Counted from the stretch's first letter, positions 37,255 to 47,676 are shown. The stretch is DNA of 64,000 bases from Deltaproteobacteria bacterium (GCA_026129065.1 JAHCIV010000002.1:1-64000); one strand, 5' to 3'. Translations and numbers: made by a program. Notes: a model not told the origin generated them from the letters alone.

Positions 37255-38226
37255 ATGCACGTCGTCGTGACCGGGGCGGCCGGGTTCATCGGCTCGCACA
37301 CCTGCGAGCAGCTGGTCGCGCGCGGCCACCGCGTCACCGGGATCGATTCGTTCGACGGCTATCTCTACCCGGCGGCGGTCAAGCGAGCGACGGCGCGCGA
37401 GCTCGCCGCACTCCCCGCGTCGCGGTTCGCGCTCCACGAGCGCGACATCACGGACCCCGCCCACGTCGCCGCGACGATCGACGACGGCACCGACGTCGTC
37501 TGCCACCTCGCGGCGCTCGCCGGCGTCCGGCCGTCGCTCGTCGAGCCGCTGCGCTATCTCCGCACCAACGTCGAGGGGACCGGCGTGATCCTCGAGCGGA
37601 TGCGCGCGGTCGGCGTGCGCCGCATGGTGTTCGCGTCGTCGAGCTCGGTGTACGGCGCGAAGCACGGCGCGGTCGAGGCGTTCCGCGAGGACGATCCTTG
37701 CCTGACCCTGGCGTCGCCGTACGCCGCGACCAAGCGGATGAACGAGCTGCAGCTGTCGACGTACCGCGACCTGTACGAGATCGGCGTGTTCGCCCTGCGC
37801 TTCTTCACGGTCTACGGCCCGCGCCAGCGCCCCGAGATGGCGATCGCGAAGTTCACGCGCGCGATCGCCGCGGGCGAGCCGATCACGCTGTTCGGCGACG
37901 GGACGTCGCGACGCGACTACACGTTCATCGACGACATCGTCGCCGGCGTGGTCGCGGCCGTCGAGCGCGTCGAGCCCGCGCGCTACGAGCTGATCAACCT
38001 CGGTGGGACGCAGACCACGTCGCTGGCGGAGCTGGTCGCGATGATCGAGGAGACCGTCGGTCGGCGCGCGGTCATCGATCGCCAGCCCGATCAGCCCGGC
38101 GACGTCCCGCTCACGTTCGCGAGCATCGCGCGCGCGCGGGCACTGCTCGACTTCCAGCCGACGACGGCCCCGGCGGCGGGCATCGCGTCGTACTGGGCGT
38201 GGCTTCAGCGCCGCCCGATCGCGTGA
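37255..38226 (+). CDS. NAD-dependent nucleotide-sugar epimerase/dehydratase (SDR)
   Basis: ATG at 37255. VVTGAAGFIGSH and YAATK catalytic motifs. Divergent from the deacetylase operon with a 63-bp spacer. Confidence 0.85.
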   Translation: MHVVVTGAAGFIGSHTCEQLVARGHRVTGIDSFDGYLYPAAVKRATARELAALPASRFALHERDITDPAHVAATIDDGTDVVCHLAALAGVRPSLVEPLRYLRTNVEGTGVILERMRAVGVRRMVFASSSSVYGAKHGAVEAFREDDPCLTLASPYAATKRMNELQLSTYRDLYEIGVFALRFFTVYGPRQRPEMAIAKFTRAIAAGEPITLFGDGTSRRDYTFIDDIVAGVVAAVERVEPARYELINLGGTQTTSLAELVAMIEETVGRRAVIDRQPDQPGDVPLTFASIARARALLDFQPTTAPAAGIASYWAWLQRRPIA

Positions 38227-39506
38227 TACGAGAACCCGGCGGCGCGCGCCGCCTCGGGCGACCACACGTTGCGGCCGTCGAACAGCGCGGGCGTTCGCAT
38301 GATCGACCTGAGGCGCGCGAAGTCGGGCTGGCGGAGCTCGTGCCACTCGGTGACGAGCGCGACGGCATCGGCACCCGTCGCGGCCTGGTACGGATCGGTG
38401 ACGAGCTCCATCGCGTCGCCGTGCTGGGCGCGCACGTTGTCCATCGCGACCGGATCGTAGCCGACGACCGTCGCGCCTCCGGCGCGCAGCTGACTCGCGA
38501 GGACGAGCGCCGGTGACTCGCGGATGTCGTCGGTCTCCGGCTTGAACGCCAGGCCCCACAGCGCGATCCGCTTGCCTGCGAGCGCGCCGCCGAAGTACGC
38601 CGCGATCTTGTCGCCCAGCCGGCGCTTCTGGCGATCGTTGGCCGCCTCCGCCGCCTGGACGACGCCGAGCGGGAGGTCGTGCGTTCGCGCGGTGTGGAGC
38701 AGCGCGCGCAGGTCCTTCGGGAAGCACGATCCGCCGAACCCGGCGCCCGCGAACAGGAACTTCGGGCCGATGCGCGGGTCGGCGCCGATCGCCTTGCGGA
38801 TCGATTCGATGTCCGCGCCGACGACCTCCGCCAGCCCGGCCAGCTCGTTCATGAACGAGATCCGCGTCGCGAGCATCGCGTTCGCCGCGTACTTGGTGAG
38901 CTCGGCCGAGCGGATGTCCATGACGTGGATGCGATCGTTGGTGCGCAGCACGCCGCGGTAGAGCTCGCGCAGCAGCGCGATCGCGCGCGGATCCTCGGCG
39001 CCGACCACGACGCGCGCCGGCTTGAGGAAGTCGTTGATCGCGTCGCCTTCCTTCAGGAACTCGGGGTTCGACGCCACCGCGAACTCGTGGCGCGCGACCT
39101 CCGCGAGCACCGCGCGCACGCGATCCGCCGTGCCGACCGGCACGGTGCTCTTCGTGATCACGACCGTGAAGCGATCGAGGGCGCGACCGATCGCCTGCGC
39201 GGCCTCGAGCACCGCGCCGAGGTCGGCGGCGCCGTCGTGGCTCGACGGCGTGCCGACCGCGATGAACACGACGTCCGCGCCCGCGACCGCCCGGTCGGTC
39301 GCCGTCGTGAAGCTCAGGCGCCCGAGCTGCGCGTTGCGATGGACCAGCTCGGGCAGCCCCGGCTCGTGGATCGGGATCGTCCCGGCATGCAGCGCCGCGA
39401 TCCGCGCCGCATCGATGTCCACGCAGGTCACCGCGTGGCCGAAGTCGGCGAAGCCTGCGCCGGTCACGAGCCCGACGTAGCCCGTTCCGATCACCGCGAT
39501 CTTCAT
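38205..39506 (-). CDS. ugd: UDP-glucose 6-dehydrogenase
   Basis: MKIAVIGTGYVGLV. Catalytic GFGGSCFPKD. Confidence 0.9.
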   Translation of the reverse strand: MKIAVIGTGYVGLVTGAGFADFGHAVTCVDIDAARIAALHAGTIPIHEPGLPELVHRNAQLGRLSFTTATDRAVAGADVVFIAVGTPSSHDGAADLGAVLEAAQAIGRALDRFTVVITKSTVPVGTADRVRAVLAEVARHEFAVASNPEFLKEGDAINDFLKPARVVVGAEDPRAIALLRELYRGVLRTNDRIHVMDIRSAELTKYAANAMLATRISFMNELAGLAEVVGADIESIRKAIGADPRIGPKFLFAGAGFGGSCFPKDLRALLHTARTHDLPLGVVQAAEAANDRQKRRLGDKIAAYFGGALAGKRIALWGLAFKPETDDIRESPALVLASQLRAGGATVVGYDPVAMDNVRAQHGDAMELVTDPYQAATGADAVALVTEWHELRQPDFARLRSIMRTPALFDGRNVWSPEAARAAGFSYHAIGRR

Positions 39507-39522
39507 ACTCGGTGCATATCAG

Positions 39523-40341
39523 CTAGCAGCCGCTACAGTCGTGACCGGCGCGGTAGTTCTGCATCACCTCGTCGGCGGTGAGGGCGGCGTCGTGGATCGC
39601 GAGCAACCACAGCGTGCCCAGCCAGTGACGGTCGGCACTGTCCTCGTCGCCGATGCGGAGCTTGTAGTTCGGATCCCAGCCCGACATCACGCCCTCGGCA
39701 CCCGGCGACGTGAACGGTTCGCCGTTCACGTACAGCACGCGGCTCGTCGCATCGGCGACGAGCACGAGGTGCGTCGGCATCGCGGTGTCGATCGGGGCGG
39801 TGGCGATGATCGCGGGCTCGGCATTGCCGGTGGTCGCCGTGGTGCGGACGCGGCCCACCCACGCGGCGCCGCGCTGTTCGAGCGCGATGTTGCGCAGCAT
39901 CACGCTGACGGAGGTGCTCGCGATCACCGCGTAGTTGTTCGCACCCTGCGACGCGACCGCCGGCGTCACCCACGCCTCGAGGGTGACCGCGTTCGATAGC
40001 CTGACGTCCCGGTTGACGTGCGGCGTGGGAGCGGAGACCGCGCTCGTGCGCGCGTCGAACCGCAGCCCGCCTCCGCCCCAGGTCACTCCCGCCCCCGATG
40101 GCAACGTCAGCGTGATCGGCTGGCCGACCACCGAATCGCCCGCGGTCACGCCGGCGCTCTCGTCGAACCTCCACAGCGCGCGCGGACTTCCCGTGCGCTG
40201 TGGCGTCGTCGACATGTCGATCGGGACCGCGGTGTCGCCCGGTGTGTCGACCGGTGGTGCGTCGACGCGCGGTTCGAAGCCCGCGTTCGCCGGGAACGAG
40301 CACCCGGTCGCGACGGTCACGAGCCAGCCCCAGCGCGACAT
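39523..40341 (-). CDS. Lipoprotein with a concanavalin-A/LamG-like lectin domain
   Basis: Lipobox VATGC|S. LamG-like core (LEAWVTP...HLVLV...LYVNG). Confidence 0.6.
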   Translation of the reverse strand: MSRWGWLVTVATGCSFPANAGFEPRVDAPPVDTPGDTAVPIDMSTTPQRTGSPRALWRFDESAGVTAGDSVVGQPITLTLPSGAGVTWGGGGLRFDARTSAVSAPTPHVNRDVRLSNAVTLEAWVTPAVASQGANNYAVIASTSVSVMLRNIALEQRGAAWVGRVRTTATTGNAEPAIIATAPIDTAMPTHLVLVADATSRVLYVNGEPFTSPGAEGVMSGWDPNYKLRIGDEDSADRHWLGTLWLLAIHDAALTADEVMQNYRAGHDCSGC

Positions 40342-40433
40342 GCGGCGAGCTTATCAAAGCGGCTCGCGAGATCACGTGACTGACGTCTCCGTATGAACGC
40401 TGCGCAGCCACCTGGAGTCTCACCCTGGGTCGG

Positions 40434-40463
40434 TTGACGCGACGTGTGAACGGTCCCTACAAT
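40434..40463 (+). promoter_or_regulatory. Sigma70-like promoter TTGACG-N18-TACAAT, 25 bp upstream of the beta-barrel gene start
   Basis: Near-consensus hexamers read directly from the sequence. Spacer of 18 nt. Confidence 0.35.
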
Positions 40464-40487
40464 GCCGGGGCGACCCGCGTTCAGATC

Positions 40488-41804
40488 ATGAAGAAAATCC
40501 TCATCCTCGCCAGCTTGGTGATCGCGAGCGCGGTCTGGGCAGAGAACGCCCCAGATCCGATGAACCCGAATGATCTCGTCAATCCGACGTCCGTGATCGT
40601 CGACGGACCCGGGATCAAGGTCGGCGAGGGCACCATCATCCGCCCGACCGTCGGGCTCGAGACCGGTGTGGTCACGAACGTGTTCTTCGAGGACACCAAC
40701 GCGACTGCCGCGGGCCTGCTGCGCGTCCTCCTCGAGATCTCGACCGGGACGCTGCCTCCCGCGCGGCTCGGTATCCACAACGCGGCCGCGACCAATCCGA
40801 CCGAGCAGATGGCGGAGGCCGGGATGGTGCAGTTCCTCGCCACGGCCTATGCAAGCTGGGACCAGTACCTGTCGACGAACGACTTCGTGCAGGCGCAGGG
40901 CGGGCTTGGCGGTGGTGCGCTGTTCAAGGGTGTGGTCAATCCGCGCAAGCCGATCTCGTTCGGGTTCCTCGAGCACTTCGATCGCGCGATCCGCGCCACC
41001 AACTTCGAATCCGGAAACCGCACCAACCGCGACGTCAACCGGCTCTCGTTGCAGCTCAACCTCCGGCCGCGGGAGCGCAACCTCGGTGGGTACCTGTACT
41101 GGACCAACCTGATCGACCACTTCGAAGACGAGAATCAGCAGTTCGCAAATCGCTTCCAGAACACGTTCGGCGGGCGTGCCGAGTACCAGTGGCTCCCGCT
41201 CACGCGGCTGTACCTCGAGAGCTCGATCGGTGTGTTCACGGGGCTCGGCGATTCCAGCACCAAGGTCAACGCATTTCCCCTGCGCGTGTTCACCGGGATC
41301 CAGACGGCGCTCACGTTGAACTTCACGATGACCGCCCAGCTCGGCTACACGAACGGCTTCTACGCCGAGGGAAGCAACTACTCGACCGTCACCGGCGGTG
41401 TGCAGGCCGGGTATCGCTACAGCCCGTTCGGCCGCGTGACTGCGATGTACATGTACGATCACCAGGACTCGATCAATGCGAACTTCTATCGAGATCACCT
41501 GTTGAACTTCAACATCGACCATCAGTTCGTGCCGTTCGCGGTCAACCTCGGAGCGGAGCTGCGCTTCCGGCACTACGGGAGCACGCTGGTCATGGGCGTC
41601 GACGGCTCGACCTCGCGCGATGACGTGCTCGGCGCGGTGAACGTCGGTGCGCGCTACATGTTCCGCAACTGGATCGCGGCCGTCGCCTCGTACCAGTTTG
41701 CGGCGCTCCAGACCGACTTCCGGTACGACGCCGGAGGCGGCTTCATCGACAATCCGAGCTTCTTGCGCCACCAGCTGCTCACCGGCGTGCGCGTCGCGTA
41801 CTGA
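40488..41804 (+). CDS. Outer-membrane beta-barrel protein, the likely integral-OM partner of the short OPX protein (EpsX/ExoB/WzpX-like)
   Basis: ATG at 40488 (MKKILILASLVIASAVWA signal). Alternating amphipathic strands. C-terminal aromatic (…GVRVAY). Confidence 0.65.
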   Translation: MKKILILASLVIASAVWAENAPDPMNPNDLVNPTSVIVDGPGIKVGEGTIIRPTVGLETGVVTNVFFEDTNATAAGLLRVLLEISTGTLPPARLGIHNAAATNPTEQMAEAGMVQFLATAYASWDQYLSTNDFVQAQGGLGGGALFKGVVNPRKPISFGFLEHFDRAIRATNFESGNRTNRDVNRLSLQLNLRPRERNLGGYLYWTNLIDHFEDENQQFANRFQNTFGGRAEYQWLPLTRLYLESSIGVFTGLGDSSTKVNAFPLRVFTGIQTALTLNFTMTAQLGYTNGFYAEGSNYSTVTGGVQAGYRYSPFGRVTAMYMYDHQDSINANFYRDHLLNFNIDHQFVPFAVNLGAELRFRHYGSTLVMGVDGSTSRDDVLGAVNVGARYMFRNWIAAVASYQFAALQTDFRYDAGGGFIDNPSFLRHQLLTGVRVAY

Positions 41805-41805
41805 C

Positions 41806-42807
41806 GTGCGCGTCGGTGTGGTCGGCGCGGGTGGATGGGGGATCAACCACGTCCGGGTGCTCGCGAACGAGCGTCTGTGTCGCGAGCTGGTGGTGCACGA
41901 TACCGACCCCCGCCAGCGCGCGCGCGTGGCCGAGGTCGCACCGGCCGCGCAGTGGGTCGCCACGTTCGACGAGGTGGTCGCGCGCTGCGATGCGATCGTG
42001 ATCGCGACTCCCGCGGCGACGCACGAGGAGCTGGCGACGCGCGCGATCGCGGCGGGCAAGCAGACGCTGATCGAGAAGCCGCTCGCGCTGTCGCTGGAGG
42101 GGGCGCGCAAGCTTGCCGCGCTGCCCACGCAGCCCGGCCAGATCGTGATGATCGGGCACCTGATGCTGTTCCATCCGGCGGTGCGCCGGCTCCACGAGCT
42201 GGTGCGCTCCGGAACGCTCGGTCACCCGTACTACGCGCAGGCGACGCGCGTGAACCTCGGCCGGCTGCGCGCGGACGAGACCGCGCTGTGGTGCCTCGGG
42301 ACGCACGACCTGTCGATGCTCGACTTCCTGTTCGGCGAGCCCGGCGTCGAGGTCTCGGCCTGTGGCAAGGCGGTGCTCCAGCCCGGTGTCGAGGACGTCG
42401 TGTTCGCGACCGTGCGCTACGCCAGCGGGCTGATGGCCAACCTGCACGTGTCGTGGTTGCACCCGCGCAAGGAGCGCCGCTTCACCCTCGTGTGCTCGCG
42501 CCAGATGGTGGAGTTCGACGACGTCGCGCGCGAGAAGCTCAAGATCTACGACCGCGGCTACGATCGCCCGCCCGACTTCAAGGAATTCGGTGAGTTCCTG
42601 ACCATCCGGGACGGCGACGTCCACATCCCGCAGATCCCGATGATCGAGCCCCTCCGCGCCGAGCTCCAGGCGTTTCTGCACGGCGCCGCGACCGGAACCC
42701 AGCCGGAGACCGACCTGGCGAGCGCGCTCCGCGTGACCGCGATCCTCGACGCGGCCGAGCGCTCGATCCGCCACGGCGGCACGCCGCAAGCCGTGGAATC
42801 GACATAG
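41806..42807 (+). CDS. Gfo/Idh/MocA-family sugar dehydrogenase
   Basis: GTG start 1 nt after the upstream stop. VGVVGAGGWG Rossmann motif and EKPLAL motif. Confidence 0.75.
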   Translation: MRVGVVGAGGWGINHVRVLANERLCRELVVHDTDPRQRARVAEVAPAAQWVATFDEVVARCDAIVIATPAATHEELATRAIAAGKQTLIEKPLALSLEGARKLAALPTQPGQIVMIGHLMLFHPAVRRLHELVRSGTLGHPYYAQATRVNLGRLRADETALWCLGTHDLSMLDFLFGEPGVEVSACGKAVLQPGVEDVVFATVRYASGLMANLHVSWLHPRKERRFTLVCSRQMVEFDDVAREKLKIYDRGYDRPPDFKEFGEFLTIRDGDVHIPQIPMIEPLRAELQAFLHGAATGTQPETDLASALRVTAILDAAERSIRHGGTPQAVEST

Positions 42808-42860
42808 GATGCGCGTCGCATGAACGTCGCGAACCCACGCGACCACTGACCCGAGTCATC

Positions 42861-45029
42861 GTGGAAACCCAAGACACACCCGCGGCAGCCCCCGACCAGG
42901 AGCAGGTGGTCAGCATCGACTACCACCGCTACCTGGCCGCGTACCGGAAGTTTGGTTGGTTGCTGGCGGCGCTCGTCGTGCTCGCGGTCGTGGGAGCGGT
43001 GGTGTTCACGACGCGGCAGACGCCCGTCTACGAGGCCGTCGCCTCGATCCAGATCGAGCCGCGCCTGCCCGATCTCCTCGGCACCGGTGACCTGTTCAAC
43101 GTCGCCGCGGGTGGTGGCAACGCGACCGAGTACTACAACCAGCAGCGCGAGGTGCTCGGGAGCTACACGCTCGTTCAACAGACGATCGAGCAGAACGACC
43201 TGGTCCCCAAGCTGACCACGGAGCTCGAGCGCAAGGACCTGAGCGCCGGCGACCAGCTCGAGGTCGCCACGGGGCGGCTGCGGAAGGCGCTCTCGATCGA
43301 GTATCCCAAGCCGAACCACATCATGTACATCGGCGTCCGCAACGCGGACCCGGAGCTCGCGAAGCAGATCTCGAACGCGCACGTCACGACGTACATCAAC
43401 TACTCGAAGGGCCTTTTGTCCTCGAACAGCACCCAGGCGTCCGAGAAGCTACAGGCGGATTTCGAAGAAGCCGAGGGTCAGCTTCGCAAGGCCGAGGAGA
43501 AGGTCTACCAGTTCCAGGCCGACAACGACATGATCGCGGTGACGCTCGAGACCCAGCAGAGCCTCGTCGCGTCGAACATCCTCGCGTTCACGACCAAGCT
43601 CAACGACGCGCGCGCCGAGGAGATCTCGATGTCGGCCAAGCTCGTCCAGGTCCAGAAGCAGGCGAAGCAGGACGTCCTGGCGACGCCGATCATGTTGATG
43701 GAGAACGCGAGCGGGTTCACCAACCTCCGCGCGCAGTACTACGCCGAGAAGATCCGCCTGCTCGAGCTCGAGAAGGACCTCGGGCCCCGGAACTCGGACT
43801 ACATCGCGCAGAAGCAGAAGGTCGACGAGCTGTTCAAGGCGCTCGAGTCCGAGGTCAAGCTCGTGCTGCAGGGCACGCAGGACAAGCACACGGCGGCGCT
43901 CTCGACCAACGTCGGACTCGCCGCCGAGCTCGACCGCTACAAGCAAGAGGCGAAGCTGCTCAGTCCGAAGATCGTCGTCTACAACGACCTGATCCGGCAG
44001 AAGAAGGAGTACGAGGACAAGTACAACATCCTGCGCGCGCGCCTGTCGACGACGCAGATGACCGGCAGCATGAGCTCGATCATCTCGAACGTGCGGCCGC
44101 TCGATCCGGCGCTGTTGCCGTCCACGCCGGTGTCGCCGAACATGCGCTCCAACGTCAGCATGGCCGCGCTGGTCGCGGCGATGCTCGGGATCGCGATCAT
44201 CTTCCTGATCGTGTTCCTCGATCGGTCGATCAAGTCGACGGCCGACGCGACGCACTCCACGGGAGCGCCGGTGCTCGGCATCATCCCGGTGCTCGACACC
44301 GTGGGGACCACCGACGATCGCGCGCGCGATATGTACGTTCACCAGCACCCCACGTCCCACGTCGCCGAGTGCTGCCGTTCGCTGCGGACGAACCTGATGT
44401 TCTCCGCGGCGGATCGACAGCTCGGGACGCTGCTCGTGTGCAGCGCGAACCCGCGCGAGGGCAAGACGACCGGCGCGATGTACCTCGGCACGACGATGGC
44501 GCAGAGCGGTCAGAAGACGCTGTTGATCGACACCGACATGCGCCGGCCTCGGTTGCACGCGTCGACCGGTGTCGCGCGCGGGCGCGGGATCTCGAACCTG
44601 CTGATCGGTGACGAGAACTACGACGAGGTCATTCGCCCGACCGAGATCCCCAACCTGTTCGTCCTGCCGTGCGGACCGCTGCCGCCGAACCCCGCCGAGC
44701 TGCTGATGACCAAGCGCTTCGAGCACGTGCTCGCGGAGCTCAAGCGGCGGTTCGAGCGCATCATCCTCGACTCGCCGCCCCTCGGTGCCGTCACCGACGC
44801 GGTCGTGCTCTCGCGCCACGTCGACGGTGTCGTCATCGTCGTGCGCTCCGGCCGCTCGCAACGCGATGAGGTCCGCCGCGCCGCGCGCCAGCTGCGGGAC
44901 GTCGGTGGCTCGCTGTTCGGCACGATCGTGAACGAGTTCGACACGACCTCGCGCGGCGGCTACTACTACTACCAGAGCTACTACGGGTACGGTCGGGACG
45001 AGAAACCCGACGACGACAAGGCCGCATGA
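42861..45029 (+). CDS. wzc: Polysaccharide co-polymerase (PCP-2a) fused to a BY-kinase (Wzc-like)
   Basis: Two TM helices flanking a coiled-coil periplasmic domain. Walker A SANPREGKTT. C-terminal Tyr cluster GGYYYYQSYYGYG. Confidence 0.85.
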   Translation: METQDTPAAAPDQEQVVSIDYHRYLAAYRKFGWLLAALVVLAVVGAVVFTTRQTPVYEAVASIQIEPRLPDLLGTGDLFNVAAGGGNATEYYNQQREVLGSYTLVQQTIEQNDLVPKLTTELERKDLSAGDQLEVATGRLRKALSIEYPKPNHIMYIGVRNADPELAKQISNAHVTTYINYSKGLLSSNSTQASEKLQADFEEAEGQLRKAEEKVYQFQADNDMIAVTLETQQSLVASNILAFTTKLNDARAEEISMSAKLVQVQKQAKQDVLATPIMLMENASGFTNLRAQYYAEKIRLLELEKDLGPRNSDYIAQKQKVDELFKALESEVKLVLQGTQDKHTAALSTNVGLAAELDRYKQEAKLLSPKIVVYNDLIRQKKEYEDKYNILRARLSTTQMTGSMSSIISNVRPLDPALLPSTPVSPNMRSNVSMAALVAAMLGIAIIFLIVFLDRSIKSTADATHSTGAPVLGIIPVLDTVGTTDDRARDMYVHQHPTSHVAECCRSLRTNLMFSAADRQLGTLLVCSANPREGKTTGAMYLGTTMAQSGQKTLLIDTDMRRPRLHASTGVARGRGISNLLIGDENYDEVIRPTEIPNLFVLPCGPLPPNPAELLMTKRFEHVLAELKRRFERIILDSPPLGAVTDAVVLSRHVDGVVIVVRSGRSQRDEVRRAARQLRDVGGSLFGTIVNEFDTTSRGGYYYYQSYYGYGRDEKPDDDKAA

Positions 45030-46186
45030 GGATCCTGTACCTGTCGCTGTCGTACGTCCCGTCGCGGCGTGCCTCGAGCATGCACGTGATGCGGATGTGC
45101 GCGGCGCTCGCGCGCGCGGGGCACGAGGTCGAGCTCGTGGCCAAGGCGAGCACCGAGCCGTCGTCGTCGGGCTTCGACGACTACGCGTTCTACGGCGTCG
45201 CCCCGAGCTTCAAGCTCACGAAGCTGCACCGGCCGGCCTGGCGCGGAGGTGGCGTCGTGTTCACGGCCGAGCTCTTGCGCACGCTGCTCCGCGAGCGCTC
45301 GCGCGCCGAGCTCGTGTTCGGCCGCGATCCGCTCGGGCCGCTGCTCGCCGCCGAGCTCGGCATGCCGGTGGCGTTCGAGTGGCACGAGATCCCGAGGTCG
45401 CGCCTCCAGCTCGCGCTCCTGCGGCGGCTCGCGCGGCAACGCACGTTGCTCGGCATGGTGTCGATCTCGGATGCGCTCCGGCGCGACGTCCGCGCGGCGG
45501 ACCTCGCCGCACCGGATCGCCCGCACGTGGTCGCGCACGATGCCGCGGACGCGCCGCATGGCGTGGAGGTCACGCGCCCGTCCACGGCGCGTCCCGTCGT
45601 CGGGTACGTCGGCAGTCTGTACGCCGGCCGTGGCATCGAGCTGATCCTCGAGCTCGCGCGGCGCATGCCCGACCTCGACTTCGAGCTCGTCGGAGGCAAC
45701 GAGCGCGATCTCGCGACGTGGCGCGTCGGCCTGCCGTCCAACGTCCGGCTCGCGGGGTTCGTCCCGCCGGCCCACCTGCCCGCGCGCTACGCGGCCATGA
45801 ACGTGCTGGTCCTGCCTCACTCCGCGCGCGGCGTGGCCGGCGCGAGCGGCGGCGACATCAGCCGCTGGACCTCGCCGCTGAAGATGTTCGAGTACATGGC
45901 CTCCGGCGCGCCGATCATCGCGTCGAGCCTGCCGGTGCTCGGCGAGGTGCTTCACCACGAGCGCAACGCGCTGATCGCACCGGCGGGTGACCTCGACGCG
46001 TGGGAGCGCGCCGTCCGGCGGCTCGTCGGCAATCCCACGCTCGCGGCCTCGCTCGCCCGGTGTGCGTACGACGACCTCGTGCGCCACTACACGTGGGATG
46101 CGCGCGTCCGCACGATCTTCACGGGTCTGGGGCTCGAGGACGCACCGGCCGAGCGCAGCTGGTCGAGGCGCTCGAGCAGCCTGTAG
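45026..46186 (+). CDS. GT4-family glycosyltransferase
   Basis: ATGA overlap with wzc. GT-B C-terminal region (VLVLPHS...PLKMFEYMASGAPIIAS). Confidence 0.75.
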   Translation: MRILYLSLSYVPSRRASSMHVMRMCAALARAGHEVELVAKASTEPSSSGFDDYAFYGVAPSFKLTKLHRPAWRGGGVVFTAELLRTLLRERSRAELVFGRDPLGPLLAAELGMPVAFEWHEIPRSRLQLALLRRLARQRTLLGMVSISDALRRDVRAADLAAPDRPHVVAHDAADAPHGVEVTRPSTARPVVGYVGSLYAGRGIELILELARRMPDLDFELVGGNERDLATWRVGLPSNVRLAGFVPPAHLPARYAAMNVLVLPHSARGVAGASGGDISRWTSPLKMFEYMASGAPIIASSLPVLGEVLHHERNALIAPAGDLDAWERAVRRLVGNPTLAASLARCAYDDLVRHYTWDARVRTIFTGLGLEDAPAERSWSRRSSSL

Positions 46187-47676
46187 CGCGGTCGCCACGC
46201 GCGCACGTCGACGACGGTCAGCCCGTCGCAGGCGTTGATCGTGTGCAGGCCGACGAACCGCTCGTCCGCCACGAGGGTGCCGGTCGCGGTCTCGGCGAAC
46301 GCTTGCTCGTCGAGCCGATCGATCCGGTGGATGACGATGCGCGAGCCGTAGCCTCCCGAGCCGTCCTGCGCCGGCCGATACCATACGCCGTCGACCTGCC
46401 ACGGCCGACCCGCCGGGCGCGCGCTGCGGACGTCCGACTTGGTGGGGTTCGTGGAGTGCGGGATCCACGGCCCGAGGGGCGTGGTGGCGTGGAAGAGGTG
46501 GAGCTCGTCGTCCTTCGAGGCGCCTCGCTCGCCGACGTTGCAGAACATCCACCACCGGCCGCCGTGCTCGATCAGCGTGGCGTCGACGGCGATCACGTCC
46601 TCGAGCAGCACGCGCTCGCGCACCCAGCGGTGGGGAAACTCGGTCGCACGCCAGAGCTCGACGGTGCGGTTGCGCGAGGTCTCCGGGATCATCCACCAGG
46701 AGCCGCTCCACGCGAACACGAACGGATAGGACAGGTGGTACGGCGTCGCGAGCGCTCGCGACGGCGGTCCGATCCGGCCCGCGCGATCGACGTGCATCAC
46801 GGAGATGTGCGCGTGCGGCTCGTCGTAGCAGCGCTCCTCGAGGAACAGGAACCACCCATCCGGCGCGGGCGTGACGAACGGATCCGCCCAGAAGCGGTCC
46901 AGCGGCGGCACGAGCAGCGTCAGCTCGGTGTCCTCCGAGGCGCTCGGCACCGGGCCGCGATCCGCGTCGATCCGGTACGCGAGCACCCACGGGTCGCGGC
47001 CGACGAGGCGGCGGGCGCGGTCGCGCAGGAGCTCGCGCCCGAAGGTGCGGAGGCCGGCCGCCGCGGCGACGGCGGGGCGGTCGACACGATGTGGCCGCGG
47101 CGCGCTCGCGTCCGCGCCGCGCCGGTGCAGGTCGCGCAGCAGCCGGGCCGCGAACGTCGACGCCTTCCAGTGCGAGCTCGTACGGTTGCGCCGGAGCGAC
47201 ACCGGATCCGTGCGCGCCCAGGACTCGTACAGCGCGTTCCCCTCGGCATCGTGCACGAACGATCCGGTGACCGGCGTGCGCGTCAGGATGTCGCGCAGCG
47301 GATCGCCGAACGAGTAGGACCACACACCGTGGCGTGCGGCTGCGGCCGCGATGGGCGGCGCGCCGAAGTCGATGATCACGTCGAGTCGGTGATCGCGCGC
47401 TCGCTCCGGTAGGTCGATCGGCACGCCGGCGAGCCGATCGTCGACGGCGACGGCGGCGAGGGGATCGTTCGCGATCCGGAACAGGCGCCGGTCGAGTGCG
47501 TCGTACGCGCGCCGCGCCACCGACGGCTGCGGCGGCGGGCCGCGGTCGAGGATCGCGACGATGCGCGCCTCCGCCGAGGCCTGGATGTACTCGATCGCGC
47601 GAGCGACCCACGCCGGAGCGCGCCGCGACCGCGCGTCGTCGAGCGCGACGCCGACGCGGAGTGGCTCGCGGATCAT
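46087..47676 (-). CDS. Hypothetical protein (530 aa). The C-terminal half is Trp-rich with beta-propeller or glycoside-hydrolase-like motifs (WWMIPETS, GGRWWMFCN).
   Basis: Internal ATG at 47676 (MIREPLRVGV) of track ORF 46087..48318. The upstream part of that ORF is antisense to the methyltransferase gene. The 3' end overlaps the convergent GT4 gene by 100 bp. Confidence 0.5.
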   Translation of the reverse strand: MIREPLRVGVALDDARSRRAPAWVARAIEYIQASAEARIVAILDRGPPPQPSVARRAYDALDRRLFRIANDPLAAVAVDDRLAGVPIDLPERARDHRLDVIIDFGAPPIAAAAARHGVWSYSFGDPLRDILTRTPVTGSFVHDAEGNALYESWARTDPVSLRRNRTSSHWKASTFAARLLRDLHRRGADASAPRPHRVDRPAVAAAAGLRTFGRELLRDRARRLVGRDPWVLAYRIDADRGPVPSASEDTELTLLVPPLDRFWADPFVTPAPDGWFLFLEERCYDEPHAHISVMHVDRAGRIGPPSRALATPYHLSYPFVFAWSGSWWMIPETSRNRTVELWRATEFPHRWVRERVLLEDVIAVDATLIEHGGRWWMFCNVGERGASKDDELHLFHATTPLGPWIPHSTNPTKSDVRSARPAGRPWQVDGVWYRPAQDGSGGYGSRIVIHRIDRLDEQAFAETATGTLVADERFVGLHTINACDGLTVVDVRAWRPRYRLLERLDQLRSAGASSSPRPVKIVRTRASHV

